This document shows positions 23,550 through 37,614 of a stretch of DNA of 64,000 nt, piece by piece; within the stretch, counting starts at the first letter, position 1, and each line of letters begins with the position of its first letter. The DNA lies in the NCBI GenBank assembly GCA_964016885.1, contig OZ024762.1:15190001-15254000 (forward strand). Reading direction: 5' to 3'. The DNA comes from Eledone cirrhosa. Taxonomy: Eukaryota. The notes under the pieces are model-generated. The model saw only the letters and a list, made by a program, of their open reading frames with translations, was not told the DNA's origin and searched no databases. The position numbers and the translations under genes are program-made.

Positions 23550-24113
23550 AATCGGGCTGGAAGAAGTTTATGGAGCTGCTTCCTCTCGTGACAAAGAAGG
23601 GTTTCTCCCTGCGTACAAAAGGTTGGTTGTTTGATGCCTGTGTGAGATGCACAATGTTGCATGGTAGTGAGACATGGGCAGCAACTGCAGAGGATATGCG
23701 AAGGCTGGAGAGAAATGAAGCAAACATGCTCCATTGGATGTGCAATGTCAATGTGCGTGAAAGACCAAGCATGGACGAGTTGAGAGTGAAACTCTATAAG
23801 AAGGATAAACTGTAGTGTGCGAGAGAGAAGACTGTGTTGGTATGGCCATGCGATGCGTATGCAGGATTACCGCAGGGTGAAGAAGTGCCAAGTAATCCCA
23901 GTGGGAGGAAGACCAAGCAAGATATGGGCAGAGGTAGTGAGAGCTGACCTCAGATCGTTGAAGCTCAGAGGAGATGATGAAGGAGAGATGCTGCGCTGAA
24001 GAGGATCTGTCCCACCCTTATAAGCAGGGAAAAGTGGATGTATAATGATGATGATATATATATGTCCCACCCTTGCAAAAAGGAAAAAGCAGACGTAAAA
24101 TGAAAATGCTGAT
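23550..24113 (+). mobile_element. RTE 3' fragment (unit 3)
   Basis: ORFs 23570..23815 and 23817..23999. Confidence 0.88.
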
Positions 24114-25088
24114 ATATATAGATAGATATGTATATATATATATATATACTTATACGTCATGGTGGCTACAGGTGCCAAGAGGAAGAAGCCGGACAATCTT
24201 CTGATATTTGTTTATCTTCCTTTCCTTCGTGGGCCGCGGTAGCCGGGTTTGTGGCCGAAGCAACCAAGTTGAAATCGGCCACCGGTGGTTGATATCACCA
24301 GGTTAGGAAACCCTGGTTTAGTAGCTCCAGTTATTACTTCGTTAGATATAGTCCGTAATTGAAATTAAAGCCTAAAGGTGTACTAAAGCCACAAACGTTT
24401 TTCTATCTATGAATTATTAGTGGTGTAAACAGATGAATTAAAGTCAAAGCTAATAAATATATCATCAAGAAGAATATCTAAGGATTTCCAAAGTGTAAAG
24501 TCAGCTCAAGCCTGGAGACTTATCAAGCAGGTGCCTGTCCCAGTTCCTGTAGCGTAAAGGGACTGAGAGTACATGACTTCCCCCTGGACATGATGTCAGT
24601 CCATCGCAGGGTTAATACCCCACCTATATGAAATGAAGTTTTTGCTCAAGTAAAACAACTAACAACGCAGTCCAGGAATCGAATACACATATGATCGTAA
24701 GACCAACACACTTACCACAAGAATTATTTTAACAATCCTACATCCTACTGAGCCCAAGAAAGGGGCCTCATAACTAGAACAGGCATCATTTGTCCTAAAT
24801 ACGGAGCTGACTTTACATATAATTATATATATATATATATAATTATATATATATATATAGTATGTGTGTGTGTATGACGATGTATGACCCCCTAGCAAGC
24901 CAAACTACAGTTACTCCCCAACATGGACAGCAAATTAAAATATTACCTGTTAGAGACGAACGTGAAATGATTTGTTAGTGAACTACCGGTGTAACAGTAA
25001 TTATGTTACCGGTGTAACTATTTCTGTTTACCTTATTTTTAAATCACACTCCTATATTAGTTTAGTGAACTTTCAATTCAAATAAATT

Positions 25089-25513
25089 CTTGATGATGAG
25101 TGAACTCGCATCGGAGTAGCCCAACGCCTTGGCCTCCGCGTGTGTGAGCCACATAAATGGTCTCAACGACAAAGTGAGAAGAAGCCTGGACGCAGCTGAA
25201 TTTCCATCTCAACTGGAGCCAGCAAGCCTAGGCCGCGGAGATGGCAAGCACCCCGAGGGAATCACCCTCTTCCCATTCGAAGGAGGTAGATCCACAAACC
25301 CCAGCATCGCAGCCCGTCTCGCAGATGAACATAAAATAAACAAATTCCGGTGTTTGTCCTGGAGCTTCTTCTACGCACCAGCCGCTGTCGAGACCCCCAG
25401 GCCTACTTGGACCCATTACAGCCGAGCTCCTCCGCAACATCGGAGTGTCTGTGGCCCGTCTGAAGATGAAGTCCCACGAGGTTGGATGGTTGTTGCAGCA
25501 GGTGTCACTGCCC
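25089..25513 (+). mobile_element. CRE-like RLE fragment (unit 3)
   Basis: ORF 25129..25566. Confidence 0.78.
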
Positions 25514-25729
25514 TTACATATATATACGTATATGTTCCCTTGACTGCTATTTCTAGCATATATTAATAGACACTTTAGAAACAGCAGCTAAAAATCAGGA
25601 AACAACAGTGGGTGTCTGTATATATATATAAACACAGAGAAAGAGAGAGAGAGAGAGAGATAGAGAGAGCAGCCAAAGACACATACACACGCACATACAC
25701 ACAGGTGTGTATGTACGTGTGTGTGTGTA

Positions 25730-25857
25730 TCTAGCATGTATGGACGCTTTAGAAATAGCAGCGAAACACGGAAAACAGCAGAAAGAAGGACACACACCTA
25801 TATATATATATATATAGGTGTGTGTCCTTCTTTCTGCTGTATATATGTGTGTGTGTA

Positions 25858-25919
<62 letters not shown>

Positions 25920-26016
25920 CCAGGTATACACTCACCCATACATATATATACGCGTGTATATATATATAAATATATATATTTAAATATATATATATCTGTG
26001 CATATATGTATATGTA

Positions 26017-26054
<38 letters not shown>

Positions 26055-26821
26055 TACATAATTATATATATATATACGTGTGTGTCCTTCTTTCTGTTGT
26101 TTTCCGTGTTTCGCTGCTATTTCTAAAGCGTCCATACATGCTAGAAATAGCAGTCGAATACACCAAACAAACTGCACACCCGCAAAATTTTTGCCTCGAT
26201 CTTTGCGATTAAGTAAGACAAGAGTTATCTTTCTTGGCAAATTGTTAAAAAACTTTTGCCTGATTTTAAGCCAAAGTTTTTTAATGGCTGCCACTTCCGG
26301 TTTTCGTTGTGCGTCTACAGGACAGCAGTAAACCTGCTAGAAATAGCAGTCAAATACACCAAACAAACTGCACACCCGCAAAATTTTTGCCTCGATTTTT
26401 GCGATTAAGTAAGACAACAGTTATCTTTCTTGGCAAAACAGCCTGGTTTGTTAAAAAAATTTTGCCTGATTTTAAGCCAAAGTTTTTTAATGGCTGCCAC
26501 TTCCGGTTTTCGTTGTGCGTCTACAGGACAGCAGTAAACCTGCTAGAAATAGCAGTCATAGCAACACACTCACATATATTTATTTATGAGGAATTCTCAA
26601 CGTGGGGTGAACGCCCCACAGGGGATAATTTGAATATAATAGGGGTCAATTTGAAAGTGATATAATACGACCAAACTTCCAGATCCACTTCGTATACACA
26701 TGTTATCGTGTATCTGGCAGCACCTGCTAGAAGTTTGTTTACATTTTGGGGTTTGCTTTGATCATCGCTGCATCGCAGCTTTGTTTAAATAAAGGGTTTC
26801 TACTTTATATTACAGTCATAA
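25730..26821. repeat. Inverted repeat remnant (unit 3): ~70 bp of left arm plus full right arm
   Basis: The left arm resumes only at tctagcatgtatggacg (25730). Confidence 0.9.
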
Positions 26822-28933
26822 CACTTTTACAAGACTCGGATTGTTTTTATATTAAATGGGGGACATAAACATATTTTAAATGTCGAGGTGGGGCATGGTG
26901 CAGAGAAGGTTTTAAACCACTGATATATATTTATTTATGCCCTTCTTTCTGTTGTTTTTTAAACTCTGAACTCAGTATTTTTCTGTTGTTCTCCGGGATT
27001 CTAGCAAAGTATAACAATATATATATATATATATATGGCAGTCAACCTCAGACTCGAAAAAGCCGCTGCTAATCGTGATCGTTGGGGTTATAATTAGACT
27101 AAAGTGCTTCCACTGGGCACCATTAGCTGGTTGTGATAATTGGAGAATTCTTTCTGCGCTGAAAGAGCCTAGGACTAAAAGATATATATATAGATGTCGA
27201 AACGGCAGTAGCACAGCCGTTGGGGTCCTGAATATTTTCACATCTATATATATGTGTAAATTCTGCGATATTTATAATTACATAAGTAAGCATATTTGAA
27301 TAACAAAATTTGAGGTTTAAATACTTTATTTTTTACCAATAACATACAGAAAGGCATGAACAACACCACATGTTAATTACTTTAATATTGAAAGTGGGCT
27401 TATAAAATTAAAATCAGCAGATTTTTGTAGCCTTCATGGTGGTCTGGTGGGTGATACCGGAAATGGTGGAGGTCCTGGTTTCGGGTTCAATACTGTTCAT
27501 GGGTTACATATAAGGTTTCATGCTTTTTTTTTTATTTTTTTTTTTTTTATATCCTCTTTTCTTCTTATCCCTAGATATAAATATATATACATAAGGTAAT
27601 TTGGTAGAATTGTTACAACATCCGATAAAATTCTTTGCAGTATTTTTCCAGTTCTTTACTCTGAGTTCAACTTTACCTTTCTTCCATTCGGTGTCGATAA
27701 GTCTTGAATATGTCTAACGTAGCAACAACTGGAGCTACTTAACCAAGTTTTCCTAACCTAGTTGATATCACCTACCGGTTGGAGATTTAAAATGTTGGCT
27801 GGGACAATGACACACTAATCAGTCAGATTCCAACTCACTATGTCTGGCATATATTTTATACTTTATATTTCAATGAAGTTCTGTAAGTAACCTGGTGGCT
27901 TAGATGGCAATACTGCTCGAATAGATGGCTTCTATTATGAAGTTATAAGTTCATTCCCTATCCAGGATTGTAGAATTAATTTTATTTAGTTATTATTTAA
28001 TCAATTCTTTTAACAAACAAATTATATCTATAAAACGCCAAATATAGTGAGTTCAAATCTGACTGACATGCATGGTATATATTTATGTTTCATTATACAG
28101 CAAACTTATAAAGATATGTATATATTGTCCAGGAGTTTCGAGTTTAGTGGGAATTGGTACAACTCTCAATTGGAGCTAGTCCCTGCAAGATCAGCATAAA
28201 TAATGTTATACCTTTTCATGAAATCTTGCACACCCGATATTTTATACATGATTATTTAAAGGTGAACAAAAACCAAAGAACATTGAGCAGCATTTCTCAA
28301 CCTTTCTACCCATGTTGATCTCTTGAAATAGTTTTTATGTCTCAGGGAAGCCCTGCATAAAATATACTTTTTCTATCTCTAGAGCAGTGGTTCCCAAATC
28401 GTGTGCTGCGAGATGAAACTAGATGAGCTGCAAAAGACTAAGATTAAGTTTTAAGATGTGAAAAATATAAAACTGAAATTTCATATAAAAGTTCAAATAT
28501 AGCTACAGCCACAAACCTAGGCTCCACACCCCGCAACGCAGAGGAGAGTAAGATAGTACCGAGGCCTGACTCACCTCTTCCACTCCATTGAGACCTCTGC
28601 CATACTTGGTCCCCGTACTGCTGATTTTCTCCATAAAGTCGGGAGGAAAGACGGCAGGTGCGACTATTGTAGCAGGTGTTTCTGTTCTTGCTCCGAGGTA
28701 ACGCTTTTACGTTTCTTCCACGGGTTGCGGCTGAGGGACCACTTAGACTGGGGTGAAGTGTCTGTCCCTCCCCCGACTTCTTATTTCTTTTCTTTTCTCT
28801 TCTTGCTTATCTCTGCTATACCACGGCATCAAAAACATATATGATATATGTATGTATGGTATAGGTGTATTTATATTTAGGATAGTTATCGAAGGTAAAT
28901 AGACTGGTTGGAGCAATAACAGTCTTGTTTATG

Positions 28934-28964
<31 letters not shown>

Positions 28965-29068
28965 GTTTGTTCTTGTATTTCCATAGAAAAGGTAAAAAAA
29001 AGAAGAATGCTCTATGTATTGTACAGAGCTATTTAATTACATAATAAACAACTGAATATAATTATTCC

Positions 29069-30718
29069 ATGCAAATAGACTTAGAATGGAAAACATTCAG
29101 ACAGAGAAGAATGGATAATGGGAATGTAGAAGAATTTCATATTAGTGATATGAATGTTTCGTGTGATCACTGTGGAGCTTTGAAATTTAGAAATGAAAAT
29201 TGTAACTGTTGTAATAAAGGAAAGGTTGTGTTGCCTTCATTGCAAATATACCCTGAGAGACTGAGAAATCTCTTTGAAAGAGGCCAGGAAGCAGTTGATT
29301 TCACAGAAACATCTGCAATTAAAACTACATTCATTTCACTTCATTTGGTGTTAAACTTGCCTTACCACCCGGCAGAGGCCCGTATAGCTTTCATATTCAG
29401 GGTCAAACATATCACTACACCCCCACTTCTGTAACCTGCAGAAAATACACCACAATATGGCCAGTTATATATTATTGATGGGAATGAAGGTGTGTAGCAC
29501 AGATTGGAAGTACCACCAAATAATTGTTTCTGGCATAAGGCCAGCAATTACTGGTACTTTATTCTATCGACCTCATAAGGATGAAAACAAAGTCAACCTT
29601 GGAGGGATTTGAACCCAGAACGCAAAGGGCCATAACCCTATGCTGTAAAGCATGGTGTCTGACGCTCTACCGATACTGCCAATCCACTGCCCTAGTACCA
29701 ACAAATAATGACTGTTCACCACAAAAAATGACTATGATAAGAGAGGTGTTGCATGAATGTAATCCATATGGCGAAGTGTACCATACAATGCATGGCATCA
29801 AACAGCAAAGTGCAAGAAGAGAAAATTGTCGTGTACAGAACTGTGAATTAAGATATAGAAGACGATCAGATATGAGCTGCTATAATTTACCAACTAGTAA
29901 TGATAGCTGTTGTTTTGTGGGGGATTGAGGGCACACCACCTGTACAAAGAGATATTATCACCTTTCCTAAAGACCATCCTCCTCAGAAAATACCACATAA
30001 TTCATGCCACTTGGACCTCACGACCGACCTATAATGGTTAATTTTAGTGGCATAGTGACATGGAGAGGAATGCAGGACCCGTGTTTGCAATAGACTGACA
30101 ATGCAGGAGTATTACATATACTGTATAGCATATAGAGGAGGATTTAGTGCGATATATAGGGCAGGTAAATTATTTTAGCAGTATTTAGTGGAAGCCTATA
30201 TGAAAGTAGAGGGATGCAGGCTTCAATATTTGAGGAACAATCAAGCCCAATTGTGAGTGGATGAGTACAATGGTTTAATGAATTATCTAAACAGATGATA
30301 ACACTGAGCCTTAAGAAATGAAGACAAGATAAGAAACAGAGAAGACATTGACAAACTCCAATTAAAAGCAGGATCAATAATAATGCTTCTATGGAATATT
30401 TCAATCCAGAACAGATTATGTAATGGCACAAGATTAGAAGTAGTGGAACTGCATAAACATTTTATCGAAGCTTCTCATATCTATGGTCCTTTGATGGGCA
30501 GGTGTGTTTTGATCCCAAGACTGAAGTTAGCCCCCAGTGGTGCCAACATCCCTTTTACTTTGGAAAGACCCCAGTTTCCATTAAGACTGTCATATGCCAT
30601 GACAATCAACAAGAACCATGGTCAAATACATGATAAAGTGGGTCTGTTTCTCCCTGAGCAAGTATTTAACCCTGGAGAATTGTATGTTGCTTTTTCAAGA
30701 ATTCACAGACAGATGTAA
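29069..30718 (+). mobile_element. Helitron RepHel remnant (units 3/4)
   Basis: ORFs 29069..29434, 29581..29928 and 30383..30718, copies of 9773-11422. Confidence 0.85.
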
Positions 30719-31477
30719 AAATTAATCCTACCAACCCCACCACTCCTACAACTGTTAGCCCACCCCCAGCACCACCCAACCTCTGTTCTAGTCCCACCGT
30801 TAGAACCAATGCTGCTTACCCAGCCTCTTTTACTAGTTCACTCACTCCGTCGCTCGAATTTCAAAGCTGGCCCTCTACACTTGGTCGTTGCCAGGTCACC
30901 ACCTGATTGTGCTCTCTGAGTCTGCATTAGCCAGTACCTAAACACAATGAAATGTCACCTGTGCTACCAAAACTACCACAGGAACTGTGTCGGCATCAGC
31001 AAGGCTTCAATACTAGACCTTTAATCAGGGCCACTTTAGCTCCGACGACCAGCTCTCTACCGAGTGTGTGTTGGTGGAGTGGACATGAGACCAGCAAAGT
31101 CGTAGGAGTAGAGACTAGTAAATAATATACGGTCCTAGCTATGTTAAGAATATATATAAGAAACATGTTCTTTACATTTAAGAAGACAAGAGAAATAAAT
31201 ATTTACCTCTTTCATGTAGGTAATATAGCAGTGTTATAAAACTAATTATACGACCGGTGTAACAGTCGGTATAAATGAAAGATGTAGAAATAAAAGTTTT
31301 AACAATGACATGAATAAAGATACAGTAATTTAATATGAGCAAGAATAAATATTTAATGTAATTAAATGTAATTTAATAAGAAATAAGTAAAAGAATGAAT
31401 TGCTTAGGTAAAAGAAAAAAGCAAAATGAAGAAACAGAAAATTTGGTTTGTCTTTATAAACCTTATTTAGACTAATT

Positions 31478-32056
31478 AATCGGGCTGGAAGAAGTTTATG
31501 GAGCTGCTTCCTCTCGTGACAAAGAAGGGTTTCTCCCTGCGTACAAAAGGTTGGTTGTTTGATGCCTGTGTGAGATGCACAATGTTGCATGGTAGTGAGA
31601 CATGGGCAGCAACTGCAGAGGATATGCGAAGGCTGGAGAGAAATGAAGCAAACATGCTCCATTGGATGTGCAATGTCAATGTGCGTAAAAGACCAAGCAT
31701 GGACGAGTTGAGAGTGAAACTCTATAAGAAGGATAGACTGTAGTGTGCGGGAGAGAAGACTGTGTTTGTATGGCCATGCGATGCGTATGCAGGATTACCG
31801 CAGGGTGAAGAAGTGCCAAGTAATCCCAGTGGGAGGAAGACGCAGTAGAGGAAGACCAAGCAAGATATGGGCAGAGGTAGTGAGAGCTGACCTCAGATAG
31901 TTGAAGCTCAGAGGAGATGATGAAGGAGAGATGCTGCGCTGAAGAGGATCTGTCCCACCCTTATAAGCAGGGAAAAGTGGATGTATAATGATGATGATAT
32001 ATATATGTCCCACCCTTGCAAAAAGGAAAAAGCAGACGTAAAATGAAAATGCTGAT
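31478..32056 (+). mobile_element. RTE 3' fragment (unit 4)
   Basis: ORF 31498..31743 and downstream copy. Confidence 0.88.
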
Positions 32057-33029
32057 ATATATAGATAGATATGTATATATATATATATATACTTATACGT
32101 CATGGTGGCTACAGGTGCCAAGAGGAAGAAGCCGGACAATCCTCTGATATTTGTTTATCTTCCTTTCCTTCGTGGGCCGCGGTAGCCAGGTTTGTGGCCG
32201 AAGCAACCAAGTTGAAATCGGCCACCGGTGGTTGATATCACCAGGTTAGGAAACCCTGGTTTAGTAGCTCCAGTTATTACTTCGTTAGATATAGTCCGTA
32301 ATTGAAATTAAAGCCTAAAGGTGTACTAAAGCCACAAACGTTTTTCTATCTATGAATTATTAGTGGTGTAAACAGATGAATTAAAGTCAAAGCTAATAAA
32401 TATATCACCAAGAAGAATATCTAAGGATTTCCAAAGTGTAAAGTCAGCTCAAGCCTGGAGACTTATCAAGCAGGTGCCTGTCCCAGTTCCTGTAGCGTAA
32501 AGGGACTGAGAGTACATGACTTCCCCCTGGACATGATGTCAGTCCATCGCAGGGTTAACACCCCACCTATATGAAATGAAGTTTTTGCTCAAGTAAAACA
32601 ACTAACAACGCAGTCCAGGAATCGAATACACATATGATCGTAAGACCAACACACTTACCACAAGAATTATTTTGACAAGCCTACATCCTACTGAGCCCAA
32701 GAAAGGGGCCTCATAACTAGAACAGGCATCATTTGTCCTAAATACGGAGCTGACTTTACATATAAATATATATAGATATATATATAATTATATATATATA
32801 GTATGTGTGTGTGTATGAAGATGTATGACCCCCTAGCAAGCCAAACTACAGTTACTCCCCAACATGGACAGCAAATTAAAATATTACCTGTTAGAGACGA
32901 ACGTGAAATGATTTGTTAGTGTACTACCGGTGTAACAGTAATTATGTTACCGGTGTAACTATTTCTGTTTACCTTATTTTTAAATCACACTCCTATATTA
33001 GTTTAGTGACCTTTCAATTCAAATAAATT

Positions 33030-33454
33030 CTTGATGATGAGTGAACTAGCATCGGAGTAGCCCAACGCCTTGGCCTCCGTGTGTGTGAGCCACATAAATG
33101 GTCTCAACCACATAGTGAGAAGAAGCCTGGACGCAGCTGAATTTCCATCTCAACTGGAGCCAGCAGGCCTAGGCCGCGGAGATGGCAAGCACCCCGAGGG
33201 AATCACCCTCTTCCCATTCGAAGGAGGTAGATCCACAAACCCCAGCATCGCAGCCCGTCTCGCAGATGAACATAAAATAAACAAATTCCGGTGTTTGTCC
33301 TGGAGCTTCTTCTACGCACCAGCCACTGTCGAGACCCCCAGGCCTACTTGGACCCATTACAGCCGAGCTCCTCCGCAACATCGGAGTGTCTGTGGCCCGT
33401 CTGAAGATGAAGTGCCACGAGGTTGGATGGTTGTTGCAGCAGGTGTCACTGCCC
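33030..33454 (+). mobile_element. CRE-like RLE fragment (unit 4)
   Basis: ORF 33070..33507. Confidence 0.78.
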
Positions 33455-33673
33455 TTACATATATATACGTAAATGTTCCCTTGACTGCTATTTCTAGCAT
33501 ATATTAATAGACACTTTAGAAACCCCAGCTAAAAATCAGGAAACAACAGTGGGTGTCTGTATATATATACACAGAGAGAAAAAGAGAGAGAGAGAGATAG
33601 AGAGAGCAGCCAAAGACACACACACACGCACATACACACAGGTGCATGTATATATATGTGTGTGTCTTTGCGT

Positions 33674-33714
<41 letters not shown>

Positions 33715-33837
33715 TTATATCAGTGATCCCCTTCGCAACCTTTAATTAAACAAACCTGCGATGAGGCGATGATCAAAATAACCACCAAAATGTCAACAAA
33801 CGGATACACGATAACATGTGTAGACGAAGTAAAACTT

Positions 33838-34435
33838 TTATTACTGTAATATAAAGTAGAAACCCTTTATTTAAACAAAGCTGCGATGCAGCGATGATCA
33901 AAAGAAACTTCAAAATGTAAACAAACTTCTCGTAGGTGCTGCCAGATACACGATAACATGTGTATACGAAGTGTATCTGGAAGTTTGGTCGTATTATATC
34001 GCTTTCAAATTGACCCCTATTATATTCAAATTATCCCCTGTGGGGCGTGCACCCCACGTTGAGAATCCCTCATAAATAAATATATGTGAGTGCGTTGCTA
34101 TGACTGCTATTTCTAGCAGGTTTACTGCTGTCCTGTAGACGCACAACGAAAACCGGAAGTGGCAGCCATTAAAAAACTTTGGCTTAAAATCAGGCAAAAG
34201 TTTTTTAACAATTTGCCAAGAAAGATAACTCTTGTCTTACTTAATCGCAAAAATCGAGGCAAAAATTTTGCGGGTGTGCAGTTTGTTTGGTGTATTTGAC
34301 TGCTATTTCTAGCATGTATGGACGCTTTAGAAATAGCAGCGAAACACGGAAAACAGCAGAAAGAAGAACAAAAACATATATATATATATATATAGGTGTG
34401 TATCCTTCTTTCTGCTGTATATATGTGTGTGTGCA

Positions 34436-34477
<42 letters not shown>

Positions 34478-34574
34478 CAAGGTATACACTCACCCATACA
34501 TATATATACGCGTGTATATATATATAAATATATATATTTAAATGTATATATATCTGTGCATATATGTATATGTA

Positions 34575-34612
<38 letters not shown>

Positions 34613-35379
34613 TACATAATTATATATATATATACGTGTGTGTCCTTCTTTCTGTTGTTTTCCGTGTTTCGCTGCTATTTCTAAAGCGTCCATACATGCT
34701 AGAAATAGCAGTCGAATACACCAAACAAACTGCACACCCGCAACATTTTTGCCTCGATTTTTGCGATTAAGTAAGACAAGAGTTATCTTTCTTGGCAAAT
34801 TGTTAAAAAACTTTTGCCTGATTTTAAGCCAAAGTTTTTTAATGGCTGCCACTTCCGGTTTTCGTTGTGCGTCTACAGGACAGCAGTAAACCTGCTAGAA
34901 ACAGCAGTCAAATACACCAAACAAACTGCACACCCGCAAAATTTTTGCCTCGATTTTTGCGATTAAGTAAGACAACAGTTATCTTTCTTGGCAAAACAGC
35001 CTGGTTTGTTAAAAAAATTTTGCCTGATTTTAAGCCAAAGTTTTTTAATGGCTGCCACTTCCGGTTTTCGTTGTGCGTCTACAGGACAGCAGTAAACCTG
35101 CTAGAAATAGCAGTCATAGCAACACACTCACATATATTTATTTATGAGGAATTCTCAACGTGGGGTGAACGCCCCACAGGGGATAATTTGAATATAATAG
35201 GGGTCAATTTGAAAGTGATATAATACGACCAAACTTCCAGATCCACTTCGTATACACATGTTATCGTGTATCTGGCAGCACCTGCTAGAAGTTTGTTTAC
35301 ATTTTGGGGTTTGCTTTGATCATCGCTGCATCGCAGCTTTGTTTAAATAAAGGGTTTCTACTTTATATTACAGTCATAA
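33838..35379. repeat. Long inverted repeat (unit 4)
   Basis: Same arms as unit 1. Confidence 0.95.
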
Positions 35380-35570
35380 CACTTTTACAAGACTCGGATT
35401 GTTTTTATATTAAAGGGGGGACATAAACATATTTTAAATGTCGAGGTGGGGCATGGTGCAGAGAAGGTTTTAAACCACTGATATATATTTATTTATGCCC
35501 TTCTTTCTGTTGTTTTTTAAACTCTGAACTCAGCATTTTTCTGTTGTTCTCCGGGATTCTAGCAAAGTAT

Positions 35571-35606
<36 letters not shown>

Positions 35607-37614
35607 GTCAACCTCAGACTCGAAAAAGCCGCTGCTAATCGTGATCGTTGGGGTTATAATTAGACTAAAGTGCTTCCACTGGGCACCATTAGCTGGTTGT
35701 GATAATTGGAGAATTCTTTCTGCACTGAAAGAGCCTAGGACTAAAAGATATATATATACAGATGTCGAAACGGCAGTAGCACAGCCGTTGGGGTCCTGAA
35801 TATTTTCACATCTATATATATGTGTGTATTCTGCGATATTTATAATTACATAAGTAAGCATATTTGAATAACAAAATTTGAGGTTTAAATACTTTATTTT
35901 TTACCAATAACATAGAGAAAGGCATGAATAACACCACATGTTAATTACTTTAATATTGAAAGTAGGCTTATAAATATTAAATTCAGCAGATTTTTGTAGC
36001 CTTCATGGTGGTCTGGTGGGTGATACCAGAGATGGTGGAGGTCCTGGTTTCGGGTTCAATACTGTTCATGGGTTACATATACTTTTTTTTTTTTTTTTAT
36101 ATCCTCTTTTCTTCTTATCCCTAGATATAAATATATATTCATAAGGTAATTTGGTAGAATTCTTGCAACATCCGATAAAATTCTTTGCAGTATTTTTCCA
36201 GTTCTTTACTCCGAGTTCAACTTTACCTTTCTTCCATTCGGTGTCGATAAGTCTTGAATATGTCTAACGTAGCAACAACTGGAGCTACTTAACCAAGTTT
36301 TCCCAACCTAGTTGATATCACCTATCGGTTGGCGATTTAAACTGTTGGCTGGGACAATGACCAACTAATCAGTCAGATTCCAACTCACTATGTCTGGCAT
36401 ATATTTTATACTTTATATTTCAATGAAGTTCTGTAAGTAACCTGGTGGCTTAGATGGCAATACTGCTCGAATAGATGGCTTCTATTATGAAGTTATAAGT
36501 TCATTCCCTATCCACGATTGTAGAATTAATTTTATTTAGTTATTATTTAATCAATTCTTTTAACAAACAAATTATATCTATAAAACGCCAAATATAGTGA
36601 GTTCAAATCTGACTGACATGCATGGTATATATTTATGTTTCATTATACAGCAAACTTATAAAGATATATATAAATTGTCCAGGAGTTTCGAGTTTAGTGG
36701 GAATTGGTACAACTCTCAATTGGAGCTAGTCCCTGCAAGATCAGCATAAATAATGTTATACCTTTTCATGAAATCTTGCACACCCGATATTTTATACATG
36801 ATTATTTAAAGGTGAACAAAAACCAAAGAACATTGAGCAGCATTTCTCAACCTTTCTACCCATGTTGATCTCTTGAAATAGTTTTTATATCTCAGGGAAG
36901 CCCTGCATAAAATATACTTTTTCTATCTCTAGAGCAGTGGTTCCCAAATCGTGTGCTGCGAGATGAAACTAGATGAGCTGCAAAAGACTAAGATTAAGTT
37001 TTAAGATGTGAAAAATATAAAACTGAAATTTCATATAAAAGTTCAAATATAGCTACAGCCACAAACCTAGGCTCCACACCCCGCAACGCAGAGGAGAGTA
37101 AGATAGTACCGAGGCCTGACTCACCTCTTCCACTCCATTGAGACCTCTGCCATACTTGGTCCCCGTACTGCTGATTTTCTCCATAAAGTCGGGAGGAAAG
37201 ACGGCAGGTGCGACTATTGTAGCAGGTGTTTCTGTTCTTGCTCCGAGGTAACGCTTTTACGTTTCTTCCACGGGTTGCGGCTGAGGGACCACTTAGACTG
37301 GGGTGAAGTGTCTGTCCCTCCCCCGACTTCTTATTTCTTTTCTTTTCTCTTCTTGCTTATCTCTGCTATACCACGGCATCAAAAACATATATGATATATG
37401 TATGTATGGTATAGGTGTATTTATATTTAGGATAGTTATCGAAGGTAAATAGACTGGTTGGAGCAATAACAGTCTTGTTTATGTATATAAATATATATAT
37501 ATATATATATGTTTGTTCTTGTATTTCCATAGAAAAGGTAAAGAAAAGAAGAATGCTCTATGTATTGTACAGAGCTATTTAATTACATAATAAACAACTG
37601 AATATAATTATTCC

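Larger units (their letters stand above)
22025..29940. repeat. Repeat unit 3 (7916 bp; most of the left palindrome arm deleted)
   Basis: Anchor to anchor. The junction near 25730 skips sequence equivalent to about 5735-6449 of unit 1. Confidence 0.92.
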
